Shown piece after piece: positions 22,642 to 35,571 of a DNA stretch of 64,000 nucleotides (position 1 is its first letter; each line of letters opens with the position of its first letter). Position numbers and translations under genes: made by a program. The notes beneath the pieces are model-generated. The model had not been told where the DNA came from. It saw nothing but the letters and a program-made list of their open reading frames with translations, and did no database searches. The stretch is from Chlorokybus atmophyticus (Eukaryota > Plantae > Mesostigma and Chlorokybus algae), in NCBI GenBank assembly GCA_009103225.1, contig RHPI01002090.1:768414-832413 (forward strand), in the 5' to 3' direction.

Positions 22642-25600
22642 ATGTCCCGTCCTCCCTCCTCCTCCTCCTCCCGTCCCCCTCCCGTCCTCCCCTCCCCCGC
22701 CTGGCCCGCGTCCGCCGCCATTGCCGCCCCGGCCTGGCCCTCCCACTCCACCCCTCCCGTCCGCCGCACGCTCAGCGCAGGATCGTCGGCAGGCGGCGTG
22801 CCCGCGCTCGCGCTGCCGAGTGCGGGAAGAGCAACAGGAGGGAGCAGTGTCGGGAGCACGCCGAGGATCTCAGGTGGTGGTGTTGGGGTGTCGGGACGGA
22901 GCGGACACGATGGATCGACAAACGATGGATCGGGTGAGTAGTAGTTGGTGGCTGGGGTTGTGAGCAAGCGTTGACGCTCACGTGAAAGAAAGTCCTCATC
23001 GTGTCCGACAACTGGTTGGTTGGTGATAGGAGCGTTGATAGTGGTTGTCGAGAGGCTGACGTTGAGGCTGTCGTTGAGGTTGGCACTTTTGTAGGTGAGG
23101 AGCGTGCGCAGTTCGAGGCGTTGAAGGACGACATCCGTGCGCTGCACCGCGCGCTGATGCGCTGCACGGGACCGGCGGAGGACTCTGCATCTACAACAGC
23201 GGAGACAGTGTTGCCTCGACGGCCCGCCACGGGGTACGGCACGCGCCCGGGAGCTGCTGTTCACAGTAACGTCAAACACGCGCATGCGCGCCCCGCCACA
23301 GCCGACAACCGCCGCGCCACCCAAGCACAGGTAGAAGGGCGTGTCTCTCACGCTTGTCAGATTGGACTTGTTGACGCTGGCTTGCCAATGACAGTCCTAG
23401 TCATGCGACATGCATGCGCATGCACATGTGAACGCACACACGCACGCACACGCAGACGCGCCCCCCCCCCCCCCNNNNNNNNNNNNNNNNNNNNNNNNNN
23501 NNNNNNNNNNNNNNNNNNNNNNNNNNNNNCCCCCCCCCCCCCTGCCACACACACACGTCTCTCGCAGAATGAGGAGTGGGCTCATGCTGATCTCGAGGGC
23601 CGTTTGCGTCGCCACGAGTGGTCCCGCGATCCTCTCCAGCGCGCTTCCGCGCAGCTGGCCCTCGCCGACCTTCTCTCCGCCAAGGCCGCGGAGCTCCAGC
23701 GCCGCGCACTCGCAGCCACGGACAGGTACTTCCCGCACTCACGCGGCGGCGGAAGCAACACCAACAACGCAGCCACGAACAATCCAAAAGGAGGAGGAGG
23801 GGAGAGTGTAGGCTACGTTTCGATGTCGCTGTTGTCGTCGTCGTCGCATCTGAACACGTTTGTCTGCGCCGCGCAACGTACAGCCGACCTCGCGTCCCTC
23901 GTGGACGAAACAAGGTGAGAGAGGGCAGCTTACACTCTTGCGTCGTGTACAATGAGACACACCATAACCAAGTGGCAAGTTGTAATGATGATGATGATGA
24001 TGGCGGTCCACATCATCATCATCATCGTCGTCGTTGCTACTGTCTTGACAGCTGTGAGTGCGCACCTGCATGCGTGCGTGTGCACGTCTGCGCTCACGCA
24101 CATGTGTGTGCCAAACCAGAAGTGTGCAAGTGCGGATGCAGCAGGAGTTGGCCGTGGCATCTGCGCGTGCTCGCAGCCTCGATGAAGAGAACGCCGCGTT
24201 GCACACATCTCTCATCGCTTCCCTTTCCGCATCATCAAAACAAAGCTCACCACCTTCATCAAAGCCAACAACCACAAAGACGACAGCCGCGCAAACACTC
24301 GACGATGGCCACATCTCATTGACTCAGCAGCAAGAGCGAGAGCGCGAGCGCGAGGATGCGCGCAGGGCTATCCGCCACCTGCGCGGGGAGAACGAGGACT
24401 TGCACAGGAGTGTGGATGAGTTGAGACTGAAGGAGAGGGTGCTTGCGAGCAGGAGTGCGGGCAAGCACCTGCTGACGTGCGGCATGCAGACGGATGCGGT
24501 GATGCATGTATGCACTTCTTGCGTCGAGTTGCGTAAAAGGGTGGCATCCCAACAGTCCGCTCTCAGTGCAGCAATAGCAGGTAGGTGCAAACCCACACAC
24601 CTGTGCCTTCTTCTTGCGTTCCCATGCCTTAGCCGCATACTACTCATGTCGTGTGCGTGTGCATGTGTGTTCGTGCACGTGCGTGTATGCGTGCATACGC
24701 GTATGGATGTATACGCAGAGTCCTCGCACATCATGGCAGCATTGCGTCGCCAGCTGGCGGACTCGGAGTCCGCCCGCGTTCATGCCATCACTGAAGCATC
24801 CGAGCAGGCCTCCGCCCATGCACAGGCTATACAGAGAGAAGAAGCCGCCTGCGCTTTGGCCGAGGAAGCCGCTGGGCGGTGTGAAGAGTACCGCAGGCGA
24901 GTCGAAGAGTTGGGTCGTGCGAATGAGCACGCAGATTACAGACTGGCTGAGAGAGACTCGGAATTGAGTGACGTGAAGCGGGAGTTTGAAGGTGTGACGA
25001 TTGTTGGTCTCACATCTGCACGCGTGTACACACCAAGTACACATGTGTGTACAGGTGTGTGTTGTAGATCTCACTGAGGGTTGTGTTTGTGAATTGGTGG
25101 TTGGTACAGATGTGAGGTTGCAGCTTCAAGGCGCTTGCGCTGAGACGGCAGCTCTGCACACGAGACTAGCGGACAGCGAGGCGCAGAGCCTGAAGCGCAT
25201 CGATGAGTTGATGAACAACGGCATTGCAACCGAGGCTAAAGCGCGAGAACTCGCGCAGAAGCTCACCCGCAGCGAACAGAAGGTGACTGGCTGAGACGTT
25301 CCCGATACTCACACAAAATCTCACATGCACACGTTCTTTCGTGGGCGCACACGCACCCACACATGCGCACATGTTCGCACACGTACATATGCACGCACAC
25401 GCGCGCACACACACCGTCCTCTACTTTGCAGCGCAAAGAGGACGCGCGGTTCATCAGCACGCAATGCTCCGCACGTCTCCGTGACCACGAGTTCGAAGAG
25501 GTCATGCGCGTCGAGCACGAGGCGATCGCGAAGTTGCGGAAGCAACTCGAGGGCGAAGCGCGCGCACTCAAGTCCATCAGCCTGCTTGCCAGACACAACA

Positions 25601-26336
25601 TGATACAGCTGGAGCTCGTCGGCAACAACATGGACGATGTTGCACACGCCGGCAACCGTGACGACCACAGCAACAACAACCACAACGCACAGAATGTGCG
25701 GCTGCAGCGCAGGGCTCAGGAGCTTCAATCTCAGGCAAGGAGCGAGTAACAGCTAACCTCAACCTGAGCCAAATGATGTTTGTCCATCGCACTTACTCTA
25801 CGTGTGTTCCCTCCAGGTGAATGAGTTGCAGGCACAGCTAAGGTTGCAGCAAGTCGAGTTGGAGCGTGCGAGGAAGGAGGCGGGTGCCATGAGCGGCGTG
25901 AAGCAAGAGCAGGAGCGCCTCAACGCGCTGCTGCAGTCGCGAGTGGGCTTGCTGGAAACGGTTCAGCAGCAGGGCAGTAAGGACTCGAGCATGACAGGTA
26001 AGGCAATGCTAAGCACACATGTTGTGTATGCATACACTACTTAACTGCGATTGTGTGACAGCGGATGCGGCTGTGCAAGCGAGTGGCGAGGTGGAGCGCA
26101 GCGACGCGTTAGAGTTGGAGGAGCTTAGGGCGAGGGGTTCCAGCACGAGTGCGAGAAGTCGTTCGAGTGGGACGGGTGTTTCGGTTGGGGTGCAGGTGGG
26201 AAGGGCGATGAAGGGAGCATTGGCGCAGTCGGAAGTAGCTAAGCCATGGGATGCGGACATGAAGCGGAGCCAAAGCAAGATGCGCAGCTGGAACCATCGT
26301 TCACAGCGCACGTTCCTTCTTCTTTCAGCTGCTTAG
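22642..26336 (+). CDS. Uncharacterised coiled-coil protein (multi-exon)
   Basis: Ser/Pro/Gly-rich first exon 22642-22933 (phase-1 intron to 23093), then exons rich in heptad E/Q/R/A/L runs (EERAQFEALKDDIRALHRAL; QQELAVASARARSLDEENAAL; ERERED..ENEDLHRSVDELRLKE; EEYRRRVEELGRANE; FEEVMRVEHEAIAKLRKQLEGE; LNALLQSRVGLLETVQ). Ends FLLLSAA* at 26336. No family motif recognised; some exon boundaries are uncertain. Confidence 0.75.
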
Positions 26337-27180
26337 ATGCATCGTCGTTAGCAAATAGGCCTGGACAGCAAGCAACTGCCTTGCGCATGTACTGATTCTG
26401 GAACTGATATGGAGCCTGAGGCTCAGGAAAACACAGTCTCACAGCATACAGACACACTCATTTCAACAATAGGCAGGCAGGTAGAACATGGACTACCCCC
26501 AGGCCACCTACTCGCAGAAAGTGCCCTTTGCACAAATACAGTAACAAGTAACAAATCGTTTTTTTTGCCTGCTTGATATTCTAACGGTTGATGACCTCTA
26601 ACAGTCAAGCGAAGACACATAATCGACATTCTCACTATCAACTTTGACAAAAACTGTGCTTGCAGGTAGCAAGTACACACTCGGCAGGTAGCAAATGATA
26701 ACGGCACACTTGCATATTTATAGCAAGAGACAGGACATACAATTCAGCGCCAGTGTCTACGTATATCATCAATGTAGTTGTAAGTCAACGACTGTTGTTG
26801 AGATATTGGCGTGGTATTGTGCAAACCATGCTGCGGTGAGTACACAATACGCAGCAGCAAGTCAGGAACGACAGCAGCACTTTGCCGCAGTCACGGGAAC
26901 ATTGAACACCAATGAGGTTACCACACAACACAGCGTACAGGTATCGCAGTGAGTCATTGGTGAAAGCAGTCATTGCATTGAGAGATAGAATGCATACAAC
27001 TGACAGCAGTATGACTGCAACAGGTAGCAAGCGGAGGCAATGGAAACTGACTAGGCGTTTTGGCACCGATAGGTATCACAGGTTGGGTCAACTTATGAAC
27101 AAAATGTGTATGTAACTGCTTTGTCTCCACATACATGTTCTGCTGCGGACTGACAGCTTACTGGGCAGTGCCTGTTAGCC

Positions 27181-29766
27181 TCAAACCCACTTGCTGTGGA
27201 ACACCCCCTTCTTGTCGAGGCGCTCATAAGTGTGAGCCCCGAAGAGGTCACGCTGAGCCTGGATAAGGTTGGCCGGCAGGCGCTCACGACGGAATTGGTC
27301 AAAGTACCCCAGACTTGCAGAGAAGCCAGGAACAGCCACTCCACTGGTCACCGCCAGTGAGACCACCCTGCGCCAAGCGTCCTGACGCTTGTTAATCTCA
27401 TCAGAGAACTCAGAGTCCAGCAGCAAGTTGGAGAGGGAAGCATTGCGCTGGTAGGCCTTGGTGATGCGGTCCAGGAAGACTGCCCGGATGATGCAACCGC
27501 CCTTCCAGATCCGCGCGATCTTCCCAAGCTCCAAGCCCCAGTTCATCTCTTCGCTCTTGGCTTTAATCAAGTTCATCCCCTGGGCGTAGCTGCAAATCTT
27601 GCTGGCGTACAATGCCTGCAAGCATTGAGGATCAGGTTAGGGATGTTACATCTAGAACACCTTGAGTCAGAAGAAATCATGGCTATGCTTGAAAATGTCC
27701 TCACCTGGCGCACATCATCGATGAGCTGGGCCTTATCAACCTGAACCTTTGAGTGGTCGTAGGGGAACACGTGGGATGCCTGCACACGCTCATCCTTGGC
27801 AGTGGACAAGTAGCGAGCATCCAACGATGATGTAATAGTTGGGGCCGCAACACCAAGATTTGCCGCCTCCTGCACGGTCCACTTGCCAGTGCCCTTGCTG
27901 CCGGACTTGTCAACGACCTAACAATGCCAATGATTGCATAAACCAATCGTTAGCATGCCGAAGCATTTAGGACAACACTGCCTGACATGCATTGCTGCTT
28001 GTTAACCCATACCTTGTCAACAAGATAACCATCCCCGTCATCATCCTTTCGCAGGAAAATCTTGGCGGTGATCTCAATCAAGAAGCTGAGCAGCTCTCCC
28101 TTGTTCCACTCATCAAAAACCTGAGCCAACTCCTCGTTCGTCAGGTGGCCAAGAGTCTTCAGGATATCATAGCTGCGCAACACAAAAATCAGCAAAGTCC
28201 AATCAGTTAACAAGTCCGTGCTACCTTAACGTAGCATAAGCCGCTTACGCTTCAGCAATGAGCTGCATGTCTCCATATTCAATGCCGTTGTGAATCATCT
28301 TGACATAGTTGCCGGCACCACCTTCGCCAATGTAGGTTACACAGGGGCCATCATCAACCTACGCGTGCAGTCACTTGAGCATGGAACCAGCGCTTTACTA
28401 GCCCAACAGGGTTAGCAGTACATCACCTGCGCAGCGGCTTTCTTGACAACATCCTCAATGACAGCATACGCCTCGGCAGAACCTCCCGGCATCAGAGATG
28501 GGCCGTGGCGAGCCCCCTCTTCACCACCAGAAACGCCCATGCCCATGTACAAAATGCCATCAGCCTGCACCTCCTTCTGCCTTCGCATGGTGTTTTCGTA
28601 CCTGTGGAGCAAAAGGCCTTGTGCGATAAACCCCACACTTACATGGACTATGCAGCAGATTGAGGACATGTCAATATCCAGCTCAGTCTGCACAAGTGCA
28701 ACCACTTACCACTCATTACCGCCGTCGATGATCACGTCACCTTTCTCCAAGTACTTCTTCAGCTCGCCAATGGTGTCATCAACAGGCTGTCCCGCCTTGA
28801 CCAGAATGATGATGGCTCTGCACAGCATGGCAACACTGTGGGTTAGGTAGACTCTTGTGAGAACTTGCATTTCAACATTTACTAGCCAACTGCTAATATA
28901 CGAAAGGCTGTGCATAGACATGCTTTACGCACAACTCAATTGTACATGACCACAGCAAAGCAGTCAAGTACAATTCGGTTGTTGCGTAAGACCAGTGCTA
29001 GAGGCTGAATGACAACATGCCACATGTCACGCTGAATAGCAGTCAGTCACGCACAGGAGGAAGCATGTTTATAATCACATACAGCTAGACTAACATGACA
29101 GCTTCACCAGGAGAGACCAACAAAAGAAAAGAGCGACGGCATGCCCTAGAGGACTCGTGCAGCAGCAGTAGTTGCCCTTTTCGAGTGTCAGCAAGCACCA
29201 GCACGCACACTGAACAGTGTTTGCGTGCTGACCAATAACTGACAATAAGACTGTCGTTACCTTGGCTTCTCGATTGACTCGACAAACTCTTTCATATTGT
29301 AATAGCCTTTGAGAGGAAGGTTGCCCTCCTCCTTGGCGCGCTTCACGGTATCGTCAACCTGCCAATCCAATTGGCAGGTTGGTTATTGTGTCCTGTGAGG
29401 GACTTGCATGGCACGTCCGTTTGACGCACCTTGCTGTCTGTTCGGTTGTACACAGAGATGGGAAAGCCCTTTTCAGCAATGTTCAAAGCCAGGTTCTGCA
29501 AACAATAGAACGCGTGTGTCACCAACAATTGAAAATCACTCGTGGGAGCTTTGGAAACAAGATACTATAGCATATGGCAATCTACTGCGCTGAGCAACGC
29601 CCGCTCTACTCTGGCGATGCACGGACACAGGGGTCAACACTTAGCTCACAATCCTAGTCACCATGCAGCTTGCAAAACGCCATGCTGAAGGCAAATCAAC
29701 CAGCCAGCAACCCACCTGGCCCATGACGGCCAGCCCTGCCAGACCAATGCGCGACTTCTCAGCCAT
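27181..29766 (-). CDS. PGD: 6-phosphogluconate dehydrogenase, decarboxylating (no N-terminal transit peptide; 5' UTR intron 29775-29975)
   Basis: [17 protein letters not shown]|[124 protein letters not shown], ending GVFHSKWV*. Confidence 0.97.
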
Positions 29767-30253
29767 GTTGAAACCTGCGAGACATGAGCACGTGTCAGAA
29801 CACATGAGAGCACGCTGGCATACACACATTCTGCGTGCTCAGCATGCTTTGCAGGTCAAAGCAAAGCTGTCAAGCGCCAAGCCAGCGCAAGCCCACTCTC
29901 GGGGCACCAGAACGGCCCATGCCAGTCCAAGCTCCTCGCGGTATGCCGGTCAGCAAGTGGCAACTTGCTACTTACCGGGTAGCTGAGCTTCGTGTGCTTC
30001 TCTACCAACAAACTCTTGCTCCTGAAGCCGAGCACCGCCGCTAAGCCCGCAGCGCCAAGAAAGCGCCCAGTTGATGGGCAGACAGTGCCGACTGCAGCCA
30101 GGCGGAGTGGCAGTGGTTGTTGGCTACGCAACCCCAAGCAGGCTGAATCTTTGCTGCAGAATGAGATGGATGGTGGGAGTGAGATGCCCGGTGCCCGGTT
30201 GCGGCAAATACCGAGAGCTTGCGGCGCGCGTCTCCAGCAATCTGCCGTTACCA

Positions 30254-30262
30254 TTAGGGTTT
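30254..30262. promoter_or_regulatory. Telo-box (AAACCCTAA, reverse strand) in the PGD/COQ2 divergent promoter
   Basis: ttagggttt, within attagggtttcg, about 120 bp upstream of the COQ2 ATG. The telo-box is an established plant promoter element. Confidence 0.5.
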
Positions 30263-30378
30263 CGTCAAAGTCACGCATGCCAACTTGGGCTTGGCATTGC
30301 CAAGCCCTGCAAAACGAATAGTATTCCTACAACCCGGAAGTGTGCCTGCTGCATGCTGCTGACGCCCGGGGCAGCGGG

Positions 30379-32585
30379 ATGCGGCGGCGGCTCGGGCGCC
30401 TGCTGGCGCAGCGTATTGGGGAGCAACTTTGTGGTTGGAACAGAGAACTTGATGCTGGCGTTCGGGTCGGGGCTGCAAACGAGCGCCTGCTGAAAACCTG
30501 CTCCGCTCCCCAAGTGCGGGGCAGCAGGCTGAACAACCGCTACAGTGGCCGGGTGCTGAGTCCGTTCGCATGCGTGTCGCCTCTTTTGCAAGGCTACTCC
30601 TCTCATCGTAGCAGCGAAAAGGAGACGGAGCACGATGGCCATAAGCAGGCTGGTAGCAGTCAGCGTGAGTTTACCCATGCGTCTGCTTCAGCTCCGGGCC
30701 TGTTGCAGCGACATGTGCCTCTCCGACTTTGGCCATATGTTCAGCTGGCAAGGCTCGACAAGCCTGTGGGGACTTGGCTTCTTTACTGGCCTTGCACGTG
30801 GTACGTTACAAGCTTGCGGTTGTGAGTCCAAGGACGCCGGTGTGTAACGCACATTGCTTGTAAATAATGTGATCCGGTTTTGCCCCTTCTTGGGGTATTT
30901 GAATTGTGTCAAAGAACTCTCAACGCTCCTTTGTGTGGCTGTTTGCTCTTGGCAAAAACAGTCTATATTCACAAGACGCTGCATGCAAACTATTCGTCTC
31001 GGGCGTTTTTGGAAATGCTGCATTGAGCTTGCTCTTAGAACCTCGCCTTTCGCCGCGCATGACTGCTGCGTTTCAGTAGTAGCTTCTGCATGGTTGCGTG
31101 ACCCTCATAAATGTAGGTAGCTGTTGTTGTTCTACAGGGAATAATCAAGCCTGCCACGTGAACTTGCACCCCATCAGCTACATCATCCCGGTGTGTGCAG
31201 GTCGATCGCCATGGCTGCAGCACCTGGCTCGCTCCCTGACGTAAAGTTGCTGACGCTCTTCGGCATGGGTGCATTGTTGATGCGTGGAGCTGGTTGCACT
31301 GTTAATGACCTACTTGATCGCAAGTTTGATCGCCAGGTCTGGTTTACTGTATTGATACTAGCCACTAGCGTATGCTTCTGGTTTTGCAAGGATGTTGCTG
31401 GAGTCTGGCATATGTGACCAGTGCTATCTTATGCATGCGCCCATTGTGAAGTTGGTGATTGGTGCTAGCCACTCTACGCACAAACTGCTGACAGTTCACA
31501 GTTCAGTAGGTGGAGCGAACCAGGGATCGGCCGCTTGCGTCAGGCGCTCTGACGCCAATGCAGGGGGGTGGTTTCCTTGTGGCACAGCTGCTGGCAGCTC
31601 TCAGCATATTGCTTCAGCTCAATGATTACAGGTGAGTCCGCTGGTACTGCGTTCTTCTCGCTTGATTGACTGACAACACTCTATGTCAGTAAAGTGCTCG
31701 GGGCTTCATCAGTGTTGCTGGTGGGGACATACCCGTTGATGAAGCGGGTAACAGATTGGGTAAGCAGCTGCAGCATTTATTGCGGCACTGGCTTCACAGT
31801 AGCAGACCAGGCAGCACTTGATCTTGCATCGTGTGCAGCCGCAAGCATACCTTGGTTTGACCTTTAATTGGGGCGCGCTTCTTGGGTGGGCTGCTGTTCG
31901 AGGCACATGCGACTGGAGTGTGGTGCTTCCAATGTATGCTGCCGGTATCTGTTGGACCCTGGTCTACGATACCATATATGCACATCAGGTTTGTATGGCG
32001 TAGCTGGCGCAAACTCTCATGCTTCACGTGTTTGCCGTTGTAGGCTGTGGCATCAAGGCTCTGAGTGATTCCTCCGCACAGGACAAGTATGATGATGCGC
32101 TTATAGGGGTCAAATCCACTGCTCTACGGTTTGGAGACAGAACACCCATTTGGTTGACGGGCTTCACTGCCTGCACCGTGGCTGGGCTGGCGGCAGCAGG
32201 CTCAGCAGCCCAGATCGGTGCGCACAGAACAGTAGACTTAACTGGGTCCCCTGCTTGAAAGCCTGTGTTGTTACCGACAATGGCACTTGCAACACAGGAT
32301 GGCCTTTCTATGCCGCTGTGGCTGCCGGTGGAGCACACTTGGGCTGGCAGGTTGCTACGGTCAATATCCACAACCGCGATGACTGTGCGGCCAAGTATGT
32401 GGCCCGGGCATACTCTCAGCCTTCTGCACTTGGTTGTCATTGCAGCAAGTCATTCAGTTCCGTCCAGATCTTGACTGCGAGACTGCAGTGATATGGCCTG
32501 CTTGCTGACGTGCAGGTTTGCATCAAATAAATGGTTTGGGGCTGTCATTTGCACTGGCGCGGTGCTTGGGAGGTTGTACCAATGA
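30379..32585 (+). CDS. COQ2: 4-hydroxybenzoate polyprenyltransferase (UbiA family, mitochondrial; multi-exon)
   Basis: Arg-rich N-terminal presequence ([12 protein letters not shown]..), [42 protein letters not shown]|[43 protein letters not shown]|[19 protein letters not shown], ending [22 protein letters not shown]. Confidence 0.95.
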
Positions 32586-35273
32586 TGCAGAAGGCAAGCA
32601 AAAATGCGGCTGGATGCTCTTGCTTGGAAGGGCCGCTGCTGGTAAGCATAGTGAGCCCCGACCATTGCAATGAGATAATATGCGTACTGCAGCACTCTCT
32701 GACGTCATTGTGTTCACTCACAGCACAACTGCCAACGAGTGAAGGCCAATTTGCAATCAGACATCTTGCAAAGATGGACGTTGCTAGTTGACTGCTTTAT
32801 GAGTTCATCACGGCACATGCGTTTGGTTGGTGCATGCTGGCTCTGCACCTGCTCGTCATGCTTTAGTGCTTACCATTCCAGGCGTGGGTACATCTGGCCC
32901 TGCCCAGGGTACTTATTGCCTGTCTGTTGGCCAATTGCTACGCTGCTCGGCATTTTTGCTAGCCATGAGGCACAGGCTGACAGGAGTGCCAGCGTGTGAA
33001 GGCGACTCTTCTCATGCAGCATGCAGTCTGCTTTGTGGACGTTGTGCTAGATTCATGCATAAGAACACGCTGCTGCTGTCACTGCATTAAAGAAGGCTGG
33101 TCGCTAACCGTCGCCGCGGTGCAGGTGAATGGTGTCTAGACACCATGCGTATTGGACTAATGGGGCAAGGGCTTAGCGTAGTAGGTGGAGTCGATAGCCC
33201 GGTGGTGAATTGCTGATGTAGAGTGTAAGCATGGTATGTGCCCACTGCTGCATGTTGTGTTGCTGTGTTGTTGCTGTTTTACACTTTGCATGTGACTAAT
33301 CCAGCATACAATTTTGTGTACGCTGAGTGATGTGCGCACAAGCTGAGGTAAGTCAAGCGAGGTCGCGAACGGGCTTGTGCGTTTGAGCAGCTGCGTGCTT
33401 GCATGCGCGCAAGTCATACATACGCACTTGCGTGAGCTTGGCCATCCCATTTCATGCGCTGATTAAGTAATGGATTTCTCCGTCATGTGCCGAGCCTAAT
33501 GGGATATGCCACACATGCGCAACCATCCTGATGCATGATAATGATGCAACATTGCATGCCATGCACTTGTTGCTTGTCAAAACTGATTATGGCTCTTAAT
33601 AATATTGTAATCGCGCTCACAAGCAATCTGCACAAATTAAGTCAACTATGAGACTACGCATTACAGTTGCTAAAGTCATAGCCAACATGAAACGTGCTGA
33701 ATCAGCTGCGATAATATGAGATAATTATTGCGCAACACAATACCAGTGCGTCACGTTTTAATTAATAAAGCATGGTCACAGTAAGACTCAACCAATTTAT
33801 GCACCTTAACACATGATTTGCAAATTATGTCGATTCATATGAAACATATTAAATAACAAAAAGCACCTACTTTTAGATTTTAAAAACGCGACTTGTTATC
33901 GTACCGTACATATTGTTGCAAACAAGTCGGGTAAAGTATTGATTACACTTAGCGTTGATCATCCACGCCTTTAACACTCTTTTGCAATTTGAAGATATTA
34001 GGTATGCATTATTTAAGTATCATAATTGTAACTTTCGTCAAGTTTATGAACAACTCAAATGTGATACATTCATTACTAAAGCATATAATAATACCATACT
34101 ACATATGACTATAGCTTGTGTCTCTTTGGGGCCGTTGATTTGCCCTCAATCCAAACACTTTAGTCTTGAATTTAAGAAAGCCTAACAAATGCCAGTTTGC
34201 CTTGAGATTGGCACCATTCCTCCTAGTACCTTCACTTACTCGCCTACAGTCTACTTTCAATACCGTGACCACGAATGTTTCGGGTCATTTCGTTATCATA
34301 CAAAGGTGTCGTTACTTCAATATAATGACGGACTGTCGCTATAACGCATCAATGCTAAATAATGACCATTATCACTACAACAAGGGATTTATTAGCAAAA
34401 TATAAATGTTCATTATTAAAAAAGCAAGATATGCATTCATTAAGAGCCGGACATCTCCGTGTATTGACCTTTAATCATTACATTGAAGGAGTGTGATAGT
34501 CATGACAAAGGTGGAAATTTGCCTCATGTAAAACGGTTAGTTAGTATTGACACCACTGAGAGGGTGTCGTAAGAAAGAGCGTAATTACAGCGCGGGTAGA
34601 CTGTATTCTGGTCATTGGCCAAGGCCAAGTGACGTCAGCAGCTCGTCAGCTGTCTGACGCCCCCGCCTGTCATCGTATCTAGACTTAATGATGCGGTGTA
34701 ACTCATCGCTGTTGTTAGTAGCGGCAGTAGTGCTGCCTTGTTGTGGTTGTCGTTGTTGTCGCCGCGCGTGTAGCTGAGAGCGGCGGCGGTGTCGGCGAGC
34801 TTGTATGATTGTAACCCACCCGCCACTCCCTGGTGAATCGAGTTGTTTTGAGCCGCGCATTGTGAGTGACATGAGTCACGCAGCTATAGCCTTGAGCAAC
34901 AAGAGTCGCAAACATGATGTAATAGATTGCGTGCGAACCATTCGATGTGCTCACATCGGGCGGCTGCGCGTGATACGCCCTGGCTTATAGGCATATCGCG
35001 CACCGTCAGTTCGACCCAAGCAGTCAATAGAAGTATACAAGACTGCCCCACCTCAATTACAAGTTTGTCACTGTAGAGAAATCATCGGAGCACTGTACTC
35101 AATCTTAAGATTATAGTTGATGACAATTGCAACTTAGATCTTGCATTACACGCATTGTCGTGTATTGGTAGTACCGGTAATGCGGGGTGTGCAATTCAAG
35201 CACTGCAGCGTATGCTTATATGACTCATAAGCGTACGCTGACCAGAAGCTCCAAGAATGTGTGGATGCGTGAA

Positions 35274-35282
35274 TTAGGGTTT
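35274..35282. promoter_or_regulatory. Telo-box upstream of the RBBP6-like gene
   Basis: The same 12-mer attagggtttcg as at 30253-30264, about 290 bp upstream of ATG 35572, at the start of a GC-rich 5' region. Confidence 0.5.
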
Positions 35283-35571
35283 CGGCAGCTGCCACAGTGA
35301 TAGGCCTTTCAGGCGGCATAGGCGGAGACAGCGGCGGCGGGAACGGCGGCGGGGTTGGTACTGTAGACAAAGGGCAAGGAGGTAGAATTTTTCACAATTG
35401 ATCAAGCAGTATTTGGGTGGTTGCGATAATCGTGAATTAGTCGCCGCTTGATCGCTTACAGGCATGCTTATCAGCGGCGCAGCAGAGGAGCTGCGCCGCT
35501 GCGCCAGGCGTTGACTGGGGTTAGGATCTGGTTGCCACTGTGCCGTGGTCCTTGCGAGGCACGTGTGCAGG

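Noticed and set aside
29976-30130. Upstream coding exon giving PGD a targeting peptide
   Set aside because: The frame spliced to the ATG is closed by an upstream TAG with no ATG in between, so the exon is treated as 5' UTR.
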